Shown in pieces: positions 1 to 9,311 of a DNA stretch of 26,099 nt. The DNA is taken from assembly GCA_964487115.1 (NCBI GenBank), contig CAZAPD010000049.1, positions 1 to 26,099 of the forward strand, read 5' to 3'. The position numbers and the translations under genes were made by a program. Numbering within the stretch: position 1 is the first letter of the stretch; the number at the start of each line of letters is the position of its first letter. This DNA comes from an uncultured Thermococci archaeon (GTDB lineage: Archaea > Methanobacteriota_B > Thermococci > Thermococcales > Thermococcaceae). Below the pieces are notes generated by a model, which had not been told where the DNA came from, ran no database searches, and saw only the letters and a program-made list of their open reading frames with translations.

Positions 1-1246
1 ACACGTAGACCACGGGAAGAGTACAACTATAGGAAGACTGCTCTTCGACACTGCCAACATCCCTGAGAACATCATCAAGAAGTTCGAGGAGATGGGTGAG
101 AAGGGTAAGTCCTTCAAGTTCGCCTGGGTCATGGACAGGCTTAAGGAAGAGAGGGAGAGGGGTATTACCATTGACGTCGCCCACACCAAGTTCGAGACTC
201 CGCACAGATACATCACCATCATCGACGCCCCGGGCCACAGGGACTTCGTTAAGAACATGATCACCGGTGCCAGCCAGGCCGATGCTGCTGTCCTCATCGT
301 CGCCGCCACCGACGGTGTCATGCCCCAGACCAAGGAGCATGCCTTTCTTGCAAGGACACTTGGTATCAACTACATTATCGTTGGCGTCAACAAAATGGAC
401 ATGATTAATTATGACGAAGGAAAATTCAAGAAGGTTGCTGAGCAGGTCAAAAAGCTCCTCATGATGCTTGGCTATAAGAACTTCCCGATTATCCCAATCA
501 GCGCCTGGGAAGGCGACAACGTTGTCAAGAAGAGCGATAAGATGCCATGGTACAAGGGGCCAACACTCATCGAGGCACTCGACCAGATCCCAGAGCCGCC
601 AAAGCCAACCGACAAACCACTTAGAATCCCGATCCAAGACGTCTACTCAATTAAAGGTGTCGGTACAGTTCCAGTTGGTAGAGTTGAGACGGGCATCCTT
701 AAGGTCGGTGATGTTGTTATATTTGAGCCAGCCTCAACGATATTCCACAAGGCCATCCAGGGTGAAGTTAAGTCCATCGAGATGCATCACGAGCCACTTC
801 AAGAAGCTCTTCCGGGTGACAACATCGGATTCAACGTTAGAGGTGTTGGTAAGAACGACATAAAGAGAGGTGACGTCGCTGGCCACACCACCAACCCACC
901 AACAGTCGTCAGACCAAAGGACACCTTCAAGGCCCAGATCATCGTCCTCAACCACCCGACTGCGATAACCGTTGGCTACACACCAGTTCTCCACGCCCAC
1001 ACACTGCAGGTTGCCGTTCGCTTTGAGCAGCTCTTAGCCAAGCTCGATCCAAGAACCGGCAACATCACTGAGGAGAACCCACAGTTCATCAAGACAGGTG
1101 ACTCAGCTATCGTAGTTCTGAGACCAACCAAACCAATGGTCATCGAGCCAGTCAAAGAGATTCCACAGATGGGTAGATTCGCTATCAGAGATATGGGTCA
1201 GACTGTTGCTGCTGGTATGGTTATATCCATCCAGAAGGGCGAGTGA
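1..1246 (+). CDS. tuf: Translation elongation factor aEF-1alpha (5' end lies outside the window)
   Basis: Frame from nt 2 reads HVDHGKST (G1), then [17 protein letters not shown] and NKMD; C-terminal [15 protein letters not shown]; stop at 1244-1246. Confidence 0.99.
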   Translation, partial: HVDHGKSTTIGRLLFDTANIPENIIKKFEEMGEKGKSFKFAWVMDRLKEERERGITIDVAHTKFETPHRYITIIDAPGHRDFVKNMITGASQADAAVLIVAATDGVMPQTKEHAFLARTLGINYIIVGVNKMDMINYDEGKFKKVAEQVKKLLMMLGYKNFPIIPISAWEGDNVVKKSDKMPWYKGPTLIEALDQIPEPPKPTDKPLRIPIQDVYSIKGVGTVPVGRVETGILKVGDVVIFEPASTIFHKAIQGEVKSIEMHHEPLQEALPGDNIGFNVRGVGKNDIKRGDVAGHTTNPPTVVRPKDTFKAQIIVLNHPTAITVGYTPVLHAHTLQVAVRFEQLLAKLDPRTGNITEENPQFIKTGDSAIVVLRPTKPMVIEPVKEIPQMGRFAIRDMGQTVAAGMVISIQKGE

Positions 1247-1285
1247 AGCCCTTTAGCCCTTCTTTCATTTCCTTGAGGTGAGAGC

Positions 1286-1594
1286 ATGCAGAAGGCAAGG
1301 ATTAAGCTGGCGAGCACCAACATTAAGGCGCTCAATAATGTTACCGATCAGATCAAGCAAATTGCAGAGAGGACAGGAGTTAGAATGAGCGGCCCAATCC
1401 CACTCCCCACCAAGAGGATCAGGATCACAACCAGGAAGAGCCCTGACGGGGAAGGAACTGCAACCTTTGACAAGTTTGAGCTTCGCGTTCATAAAAGGCT
1501 CATCGACATTGAGGCTGACGAAAGGGCCATGAGGCAGATCATGAGGATTCGCGTTCCGGAAGATGTCACCATCGAGATCGAGCTCATCTCATGA
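1286..1594 (+). CDS. rps10: 30S ribosomal protein S10 (uS10)
   Basis: MQKARIKL...[10 protein letters not shown]...HKRLIDI; GAGGTGA RBS upstream; conserved position after tuf. Confidence 0.99.
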   Translation: MQKARIKLASTNIKALNNVTDQIKQIAERTGVRMSGPIPLPTKRIRITTRKSPDGEGTATFDKFELRVHKRLIDIEADERAMRQIMRIRVPEDVTIEIELIS

Positions 1595-1605
1595 TTCTCC
1601 TATTT

Positions 1606-2010
1606 TTAATGCCGGGGTAGCCTAGCCTGGGAAGGCGCGGGCCTGGAGAGTCCGTGGGCGTCCAGCCCGCCAGGGTTCAAATCCCTGCCCCGGCGCCAAA
1701 ACCCTTCTAACGAAGTTGAATGGCGCCGAAATATTATTTGGGATTCTAAAAGGCCCACATTTTGCACATCCTCTCCAGTCCCGCCCCTTCCCAGGCTACG
1801 GCTCCTTATGCTCTGTACAGAACTCTGTACAGATTGAGCGGATGCGTCGGCAACGTAGAGGATTATGGCCTCTTTTCCACCAAGAATCGTTCTTTCCATG
1901 CTTACCTGCTTTCCTATCAAATCGGCCCATTCCTTTGGCATCCTCAAAATCGGATACACATTTCCCTTTCCGTCTCTTAGCTTTCCAATCTTTCGACCCT
2001 CTCGGCCCAT
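1606..2010 (-). CDS. Integrase N-terminal fragment Int(N), with a possible AbrB-like swapped-hairpin N-terminus; runs antisense through the tRNA
   Basis: GGTGAT RBS before the ATG at 2010; the ORF crosses the att site (WRRGRDLNPG), as expected for SSV1-type split integrases. Confidence 0.75.
   Translation of the reverse strand: MGREGRKIGKLRDGKGNVYPILRMPKEWADLIGKQVSMERTILGGKEAIILYVADASAQSVQSSVQSIRSRSLGRGGTGEDVQNVGLLESQIIFRRHSTSLEGFWRRGRDLNPGGLDAHGLSRPAPSQARLPRH
1611..1698 (+). tRNA. tRNA-Ser(GGA) with encoded CCA
   Basis: Acceptor stem GCCGGGG/CCCCGGC, anticodon stem CGGGC/GTCCG with loop CTGGAGA (GGA at 1645-1647), long variable arm, T-loop TTCAAAT, discriminator G plus CCA. Confidence 0.98.
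1643..1700 (+). repeat. Left att site, 58-bp direct repeat (3' part of tRNA-Ser starting at the anticodon loop)
   Basis: Identical to 13803-13860; the flanking bases differ on both sides. Confidence 0.97.
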
Positions 2011-2416
2011 ACTATCACCAAAACTCATTATCTCCTTTCACAACTAAATCATTTGCGTCAATCTATGGGAAGAATACCACAACCTAAGTTAAACAATTAT
2101 GAGAAACAGGGAACTTTTTATCCATCGGATTTTTAACGGAGAATTTTTCAAAAATTAACTAACTCAAAAGCTCTCTGGACCCGTACAACAACATTTTAAG
2201 GATTTTACAATCGTATCTCCCTTATTTTCCCGCTTTAACGTCCAGAACTGGGGAATAAAACCTTCTGCTCTGTTCTTGTAGATATCTGTTAGACAGTCCT
2301 CCTGACAAATAAACCAAACTCCCTTGTCCAATAGTGCACTATCACACCATATCAGGTTCAACTTTCAACGGGACCTTTTTATTATCTCAACACTCTCTCG
2401 TTTATCCTCATTCTCT

Positions 2417-5400
2417 CTACGTGATTTCCTCGCTTTCTACGCTCTTCTCCCCAAACAAAACGGCCGCCTGATTAACTATGGCCTCCGAAAGGGCCTTTAT
2501 CTCCTTATACGACAACCCCTTGAAGTTCTTCATCAATATCCGCTTTACTTGATTCTTTATCTTGGCCCTAACCTGCTTTCTCTTCTTCCAATCTGCCACC
2601 GTTACGTATCCATTAATCGCCTTAACTATCTCCTTTGCTATCTCTTCTATCTGGGAATAATTCTGGGCGATTTTCTCCTGAGACATTAACAAATCGTAGA
2701 ACGCCAGCTCTTCCTCGGTGAGGTTCAGCTGTTTTCCTTCTTCAATGGCCTTTCTCGTTTCCTTGGCTATCTTTATTAGTTCCTCGATAACTTCCGAGAC
2801 TTCAATCAGCTTGAGATTGTACCTGTCTATAAGCTCCTGGAGTTTTTGATATAGCGACTTATACCTGTACGGGTTTCTCCTCATCCTGACCCTTATTTGG
2901 TCCTCAAGGATTTTGGCCAAAACGTCCGCAACATAGTTTTTATATTCAAGTCTCGCCAGCTCCTGCAAAAATTCATCACTAAGAAGGGACACATCGGGCT
3001 TTTCCCTCTTCATCAACTCAAAAACATCAATCGGATTCTCGGCCGCTATGCTCTTTGAAATAAGCTCCGTCATATCTTTTTCTATGTCCTTAACAAGGGC
3101 CTTTCCCTTTCTCGTCTGGTACTTAACAACCATGTTCTTTATCATGTTGAAGAACGCCAAATCGTCCTTAATCTTTACGGTCTCCGGGTGTGGACTCACC
3201 AATGCGTACAGCTTCTTTAGAGCTACCACGTTCTTAACGAACTTCTTTTTCGTCTCTTCATCTGTACTAACCCTCGCATAGGCCTTTGCCGTTAGTATTG
3301 CCAAATCCCTCTCACTTAGCTTTCTCCAGTTCTTGTAATCCAATCCATAGAAATAGGAAGAGACTATATCGTACTTCTCCCTCATCAAATCCAGTATCCT
3401 ATTTATATCGGTCAGTACCTTCTTGGCTTCTTCCGGTGCATACACTGAGAGGGACTTTTTCAGGTCGTCGGCTATTCCTATATAATCAACTATCAACCCA
3501 CCCGGTTTATCCTTGAATACCCTGTTCACTCTCGCTATTGCCTGAACAAGGGAATGGTTCTTCATAGGCTTATCAAAGTACATCGTGTGGAGACACGGAA
3601 CATCAAACCCAGTAAGCCACATATCAACGACAATCACCATCACCAAATCCGAATCCGGGTCCTTGAACGTCTTTGCCAGCGTCTGTAACTCCTTCTTGGT
3701 TCTGATGTGGGGCTGGAATTCCTTAGGGTCTCTTGACTTACTACCCGAGATAACAACTGCCAACGAACCAGGCCCGAACCTCTCCTCCATCGGTCCCCTA
3801 AGGCGGTTGTACAGCTCAACGGCCACTTTCCGGCTTATCGTAACCACCATGGCCTTTCCTCTGAAGTCCTCATGCCTCTTACTGAAATGTTCCACTATAT
3901 CCTGGGCTATCTTGTTAAGCCTGTCCTCCGATAAAATCAGCTTCTCCAAACGTGCAAACTTTCTCTTCAAATGTTCCCTTTGCTCCTCCTTAAGACGCGG
4001 GTCGCTTTCCCTAATGGCTCTCTCAGATATTTCCTCAAATTCCTCATCTATGAACTCGTTTGTAAGGTGCAGCCTCGCGAGCCTCGATTCGTAGTATATT
4101 GGAACCACAACTCCATGCCTTCTCGCGGTGTCCATTGAGTATATGCTGATGTAATCCCCAAAAGTCAATGGCGTTGATTTGTCGGCGTATTCAATTGGGG
4201 TAGCCGTAAACCCTAAGAATGATGCGTTTGGAAGGGCCTTCCTTAAGTTTCTCGCCAAATCCTGGTACTGACTCCTATGGGCTTCGTCCGCTATGACTAT
4301 GATATTATGCCTCTCATTCAACAGCGGATAAAACTCACTCCTCCACTTCGGCTCATACCACTCAATCGGCTCGAAATCCACAAGATAAACGGTCTTTTCT
4401 TTAAGTTTGTTCTCCGACAGCGGGTTATCTGGCCTCTTCCTGTTGAACTCCCTGATAAGGACCTCCTTAAGGTCCTCTAAACTCTTGAATCCCGTTCCCT
4501 TCACGTCCTCCTCCGAAAGCTCCTCGAACTTCTTCTCTTCCACGTATTTAATCTTGACCTCTCCAATGACAAGCTCACCAACCTGAAGGAATCCCGTATC
4601 GGCCTCCCCATTCTCTTCGTCGTCCTCTCCCCTAACGGCCCTTATGCTCACTCCCCTTCTTATCTCTCCCTCCCTTACCCTCTCAACATCCTCTTCCTGG
4701 GAAGAACTTATTATGTACCTGTCGAAATCACCGAATTTTTGAATGGTGGCGAAAACAACACCACCCGCTTTCCTGCTCAGGAGCTCCCTGAGTTCTCTAA
4801 CGCTCTCGGCCTTCTTGACGTTCTGCATCACCCCAGCGAACACACCGTATAGCTGATCGTCAAGTTCCCTCCTGTCGGTTATGAAGAGCAACATCGGGTT
4901 TTCAAGTTCCTTTGTTTTAAGGGCCTTTCTCGCATAGAACAGCATCGTTAGGGATTTCCCGCTCCCCTGGGTGTGCCATATTGTCCCTATTCTCTTCTCC
5001 TCCGGCCTTCTTCCGTACTTAACGGCCTTTACTGTCCTTTCTATGGCCTTTCTCACGGCGTAGAACTGATGGTACATCGCTATCTTCTTTGTAAAACTCC
5101 TTCCCACGCCTTCATGAATTATAAAATCGTTCAAATACTCCAAAAGCCTCTCCTTCTCGAAAAGACCCATAAGAAGAACTTCCAAACTCGTTAATGTCTT
5201 TCCCGTCTTTTTGTGCTGGTACAACGTAATCTCGTTTTCTCCCTCAACCCGAACCTCAACCCTGAGGTCATCATCGCTCTCTATCCCTTCCCATACAAAG
5301 AAACGCTCCCATGGACTGGTGGGGGAACCGTACCTCGTCTCCAGCCCATCGCTTGCAACGAGAATCTGGGCGTACTTGTAAAGCTGTGGAATGTCCTCTT

Positions 5401-5941
5401 TCTTCTTCATGTGGTCCTCGTAGGCGTCTCTCGCCGTCTGGGGAGAGTTCGGCCCCTTAAACTCAAAAACAGCAATTGGAATTCCGTTAATGAAGACCAC
5501 CATATCGGGGACCCTGTAGAGGTCCCTTTCTCTGTAAAAATCAACCCTGAACTGGTTTGAGACCAAAAACTCGTTGTTCTCTGGAACTCCAAAATCAACG
5601 AGCCTCACAATGCGCGTTCTTTCATCCTTCCCGCTTCCAACCTTCACCTTAACCCCGTTGGTGAGCATGTCGTAGAATTCCTTCATCCCCAGGGTGAACT
5701 CCCTGTGCATCACATCACTAACCGTCTTGTACACCTTGAGGGCGTCCCTCTCTGAAAGCCAGGGGTTGATTCTCATTATTGATCTTATGAACCGCTCCTT
5801 CAGGATAACGTGTTTGTACGACTCTCTTTCTTTTTCGGGCTCCAGCTCCTCCCCGGGGACGTACTCGTAGCCCATCCCTTTCAGCACTTTAACCGCCAGG
5901 TCCTCCACCATGTACTTCTCGCTCAGCTCGGCCCTATCCAT
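2417..5941 (-). CDS. hsdR: Type I restriction enzyme subunit R with an ASCH-like insertion
   Basis: Nuclease motif PDMVVFINGIPIAVFEFK, Walker A HTQGSGKS, DEAH, FTATP, MWLTGFD, QAIARVNR; GGAGGAAGG RBS region. Confidence 0.97.
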   Translation of the reverse strand: MDRAELSEKYMVEDLAVKVLKGMGYEYVPGEELEPEKERESYKHVILKERFIRSIMRINPWLSERDALKVYKTVSDVMHREFTLGMKEFYDMLTNGVKVKVGSGKDERTRIVRLVDFGVPENNEFLVSNQFRVDFYRERDLYRVPDMVVFINGIPIAVFEFKGPNSPQTARDAYEDHMKKKEDIPQLYKYAQILVASDGLETRYGSPTSPWERFFVWEGIESDDDLRVEVRVEGENEITLYQHKKTGKTLTSLEVLLMGLFEKERLLEYLNDFIIHEGVGRSFTKKIAMYHQFYAVRKAIERTVKAVKYGRRPEEKRIGTIWHTQGSGKSLTMLFYARKALKTKELENPMLLFITDRRELDDQLYGVFAGVMQNVKKAESVRELRELLSRKAGGVVFATIQKFGDFDRYIISSSQEEDVERVREGEIRRGVSIRAVRGEDDEENGEADTGFLQVGELVIGEVKIKYVEEKKFEELSEEDVKGTGFKSLEDLKEVLIREFNRKRPDNPLSENKLKEKTVYLVDFEPIEWYEPKWRSEFYPLLNERHNIIVIADEAHRSQYQDLARNLRKALPNASFLGFTATPIEYADKSTPLTFGDYISIYSMDTARRHGVVVPIYYESRLARLHLTNEFIDEEFEEISERAIRESDPRLKEEQREHLKRKFARLEKLILSEDRLNKIAQDIVEHFSKRHEDFRGKAMVVTISRKVAVELYNRLRGPMEERFGPGSLAVVISGSKSRDPKEFQPHIRTKKELQTLAKTFKDPDSDLVMVIVVDMWLTGFDVPCLHTMYFDKPMKNHSLVQAIARVNRVFKDKPGGLIVDYIGIADDLKKSLSVYAPEEAKKVLTDINRILDLMREKYDIVSSYFYGLDYKNWRKLSERDLAILTAKAYARVSTDEETKKKFVKNVVALKKLYALVSPHPETVKIKDDLAFFNMIKNMVVKYQTRKGKALVKDIEKDMTELISKSIAAENPIDVFELMKREKPDVSLLSDEFLQELARLEYKNYVADVLAKILEDQIRVRMRRNPYRYKSLYQKLQELIDRYNLKLIEVSEVIEELIKIAKETRKAIEEGKQLNLTEEELAFYDLLMSQEKIAQNYSQIEEIAKEIVKAINGYVTVADWKKRKQVRAKIKNQVKRILMKNFKGLSYKEIKALSEAIVNQAAVLFGEKSVESEEIT

Positions 5942-5974
5942 CCTTCCTCCCTCTTGGTTCGTATTTCAAACCTC

Positions 5975-7210
5975 TCAAAGCTCCTCAACCCTCAACCTTC
6001 CGAACACCAGCTGGGGAAGGAGTGTATCGCGGACCCCCTTCAAAACCATTATTTCCTTCTCGTTGATTATTATCTTCCTGAAGAGCGGCTCAACGAGCGA
6101 GTGGAACTTTTCAAGGATGGGTTTTGGTGGGATCAGTACTGGCATTTGGGAAAAGTTCCTCTGATTTAATTTTGCTTGGACTGCACCAGTAACGTATGGC
6201 TCTATTGGAGTGAATTTCAAATGCAAATATAAATACTCAATGGAAACTCCTCTTCCGGTAATTACATGTACGTGGTTATTTGCCCAAAATTTCCCATGAA
6301 CTAATCTTGAAACTACGAGCCCCCTTTCGTCCATAACTGTCCCGTCTTCTGCTACTAACAGATAAAATCCATCAAAAATATAATCGTCAATATAGTCGAT
6401 TATGCCATTAGCTCCATAATACGGATATGGGCCTTTTCTATTTTGACGTTCTATTTCTGAAAGCGGTATTCGTTTACTATCATGGAATTCAGCAACCTCC
6501 CCAATAGGCTTAACCTCCCACCCCTTCGGAATCTCCATGTCCAGCTCCTCGCTGTAAACGAACTCCTCATCCTGGAACGGCTCAAAATCAATGAACCAGC
6601 TCTTGAATATCGCCATCGCAACCTTCTCTAAAACCTCGTTCTGCTTCCTCTTGTTCTCTATCAAATCGTCGAACCAGGAAAGGGCGGTGGCAATGCGTTG
6701 CTGTTCTTCTGGAGGGGGGTAGGGGAGTAATAAAGTCTCTAAAGCATGCCTATCAACCCTTTGTCTTCCACTTGTCCCCGTCATTGAATATTCAAGAGTA
6801 TCTTTTGGTATTGGATGCCGAAGATAATAAAAGACAAATTTTGTTGAAACCTTGTTATCTCTCGGAATCAGTGAGAAGACTTCAGTAGTAGCAATCCATC
6901 TGTAATTAGAGTTATTTGGAACAATACACATTTTCCCATGTTCAAATGATGGGGTTATCTTGGCGAATAAAATTGAACTTGGAGGCACTTCTATTCCACT
7001 CTTTACCTCATTGGGAGTCCTAAATTCGAATTCTGGAAGTATTCCGTCTACTGGTATCTTCTCCATTGGAATAAACGCTATCGGCTTGTCTTGTCTATTT
7101 TTAGGACGTTTATTTATGAACATAACTTCCTGAATCTCTTTAACGTTCCAATCCTTTGGAATCTCACCGATAGGAGTTTTCTTGAACTCGGTTTCCCATC
7201 TAAACTTCAT
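5975..7210 (-). CDS. hsdS: Type I R-M specificity subunit S
   Basis: Two TRD repeats (GEIPKDW / EIPKGW), PPPEEQQRIA, terminal RDTLLPQLVFG. Confidence 0.96.
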   Translation of the reverse strand: MKFRWETEFKKTPIGEIPKDWNVKEIQEVMFINKRPKNRQDKPIAFIPMEKIPVDGILPEFEFRTPNEVKSGIEVPPSSILFAKITPSFEHGKMCIVPNNSNYRWIATTEVFSLIPRDNKVSTKFVFYYLRHPIPKDTLEYSMTGTSGRQRVDRHALETLLLPYPPPEEQQRIATALSWFDDLIENKRKQNEVLEKVAMAIFKSWFIDFEPFQDEEFVYSEELDMEIPKGWEVKPIGEVAEFHDSKRIPLSEIERQNRKGPYPYYGANGIIDYIDDYIFDGFYLLVAEDGTVMDERGLVVSRLVHGKFWANNHVHVITGRGVSIEYLYLHLKFTPIEPYVTGAVQAKLNQRNFSQMPVLIPPKPILEKFHSLVEPLFRKIIINEKEIMVLKGVRDTLLPQLVFGRLRVEEL

Positions 7211-7715
7211 AGGGCCCCCTCTCCTTCCTGCTAATCTCTTCTACTAGCCAGTTATTAATATCAAGAAGAATCTCATATCCAACTTCCACTAGGTTTTGAT
7301 CCTTCTCAAACGAATATATTTTGTCTCCATGGAAGAGGTTGTTTCTAATCCAGTAAACAGCTTCAATAACATTTTTGTAATCTTCTAGCTCTTCCGCGGT
7401 TAGTGAGCTTCTTCCCCGGTCTCGGCGGGCATTTCTCACATTCCTGATGGGTGCAATCTCCTTTAGCCTCTGTATTTTGTCTCGGGATATCTGGTTTTGA
7501 GGAATTTCCTCTTTTATATTCTCCATAATCTTCCAGTCTCTCAGCCTATATCCATACTTCGCCCGGCATAGTGCATTAAACGCTATATACTCCACCGTAA
7601 ACTTCAGAAATGGATCATCTAACTCCTTGGCAACCTCTCGCCACTCTTTGGCCCTCTCCAGGATGAGGTCCCACGTTCGATCTTCTACTGATCCAGTTCC
7701 GGACAAGGGAATCAC
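7200..7715 (-). CDS. HEPN-domain protein (RxxxxH), putative RNase
   Basis: Helical 171-aa protein with FLKFTVEYIAFNAL and IRNNLFHGDK; overlaps both neighbours, suggesting translational coupling. Confidence 0.75.
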   Translation of the reverse strand: MIPLSGTGSVEDRTWDLILERAKEWREVAKELDDPFLKFTVEYIAFNALCRAKYGYRLRDWKIMENIKEEIPQNQISRDKIQRLKEIAPIRNVRNARRDRGRSSLTAEELEDYKNVIEAVYWIRNNLFHGDKIYSFEKDQNLVEVGYEILLDINNWLVEEISRKERGPYEV

Positions 7716-9307
7716 GCCTCCACGTACACCCGTCTTTTGATTTCCTCTATTATTGCTTTCTTTCTAAGCTTCATGAACGTTTCAATATCATTTCTCAACA
7801 ATGCATCAAGAGCCTCTCTTGGAATTAAATGTGTCCTCAAAATCTCTTCCACCTTTTCCCTTCCGAATTCCGCGATCCTCTCGGAAAAGTACTCAGACGG
7901 TCTCTTGTTACTCTTTGATTGATTTGTGGTTATTATCGTCCTGTTGGCTATCTTATCCTCTTTGTAGATACTCCTCGGAAAGATGTGGTCCACCTGTACC
8001 TTACTGCGATATAACTCAAACTGTGGAGGTTGTCCAGTCTTAAAATCCAAGGCCCCATTTAGCACTATTAAGCTCAAGACTCCCTTAAACATGGCCGAAT
8101 TCATACTTGAAACGTCCAGGTCTATGTCCTCAACCGTAAAACGCTCGATGAACTCGGGTATCTTTCCGTTTTCCACCCACTCTATGAAATCCATGAAGTC
8201 TGAGAAACTCTTTGAGTCTACGGCTTGGTCATACCTCCCCTCGAACACTGTTACCCAGTAAAATGCATCCACCTTTGCATAATTGGCAGGACTCTCCTTC
8301 CGGTTTGTCTTTAGATAGTCTAACATCACAGCTACAGGTACAATGAGCGTTGTATATGGGGCCCACTTCTTAAAGCTCAAAACCCCATAACCGTTTCTGA
8401 TATCGGTAATCCTTCGGTATGCAAGCTCTAATGCCTCACAGGCTCTCCTCCATTCCTCCTCAAAGTTTCCATGGTCCAACTCTAGCAAGTTCTTTCTCCT
8501 TGGTTCCTTTCCCCTGATAAGGGCTATTACCTTAAGTATCCACTCGGGAGGAATAAAGTTTACAAACTCATACTGTTCCTTGGCGTCGTTGAGCATATCC
8601 CTGAGGTTAATACCGTACTTGTACAGTCTCGCAGTTGCTAAATCAAACGTCGATAGTGGCATTCCCGTTTTGTTCAGCCGTTCAAAAGTCTCAACTATCT
8701 TGTCAAGGGACGTATCACTTGGGAGGGTTATCACGTGGATTTCGTATTCCATCACGCTGTTATAGAGTTTGATGAGATCTTTTATGGGGATATCCTCCCT
8801 TCCCTCGAACCTCTCAACCAAGGCCTCTAAGCTTTTGAACTCCGATACCGGGACCATGTACATATTCCTCTTTACTTCTGATAACCTCCTCTTGTCCGCT
8901 GTACTCACCCCAACTATCGCGTCGTCCCATTCTCCCTGAAGGGCCTTCTTGATGTCCACATAGAACCTGTGGGGATACTTTCTGCCATTTAAGGGGATAT
9001 CAGGCGCGTAAAAGGCGTAGAATAGGGCTGTCGTCCTCTGCTGACCGTCCAATAATACCTTCACAGAATAGTGTATCTTGGCATCAGGATTGACAGTTTC
9101 AACGCCTTCAACCAATCTCAATGCAAACGGGGCTTCGTCCCTTGTGGACTCCAAGAACAGCATAGACCCGATGAAGTATCCTCCAAAGACTGATACCAGA
9201 AGTTCCCTAACGTCTTCTGGGCCCCACACAAAGCTTCTCTGGAAATCGGGCAATACTATCTTTCCACCGTGTGTATCTTTCAACAGTTCTCTTAACTTTA
9301 TGCTCAT
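7712..9307 (-). CDS. GmrSD-family protein (DUF262 plus DUF1524/HNH-like), putative type IV modification-dependent nuclease
   Basis: LPDFQRSFVW, LLDGQQRTT, FERLNKTG (DUF262); VDHIFP...N...NQSKSNK at the C-terminus. Confidence 0.9.
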   Translation of the reverse strand: MSIKLRELLKDTHGGKIVLPDFQRSFVWGPEDVRELLVSVFGGYFIGSMLFLESTRDEAPFALRLVEGVETVNPDAKIHYSVKVLLDGQQRTTALFYAFYAPDIPLNGRKYPHRFYVDIKKALQGEWDDAIVGVSTADKRRLSEVKRNMYMVPVSEFKSLEALVERFEGREDIPIKDLIKLYNSVMEYEIHVITLPSDTSLDKIVETFERLNKTGMPLSTFDLATARLYKYGINLRDMLNDAKEQYEFVNFIPPEWILKVIALIRGKEPRRKNLLELDHGNFEEEWRRACEALELAYRRITDIRNGYGVLSFKKWAPYTTLIVPVAVMLDYLKTNRKESPANYAKVDAFYWVTVFEGRYDQAVDSKSFSDFMDFIEWVENGKIPEFIERFTVEDIDLDVSSMNSAMFKGVLSLIVLNGALDFKTGQPPQFELYRSKVQVDHIFPRSIYKEDKIANRTIITTNQSKSNKRPSEYFSERIAEFGREKVEEILRTHLIPREALDALLRNDIETFMKLRKKAIIEEIKRRVYVEA

Positions 9308-9311
9308 AACT

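Noticed and set aside
2164..2361. 65-aa ORF downstream of hsdR
   Set aside because: TTG start with no RBS and no recognisable motif; at most a decayed fragment.
4331..4732. HsdR insertion as an intein
   Set aside because: No Cys/Ser block A, no terminal His-Asn, and no LAGLIDADG motif.
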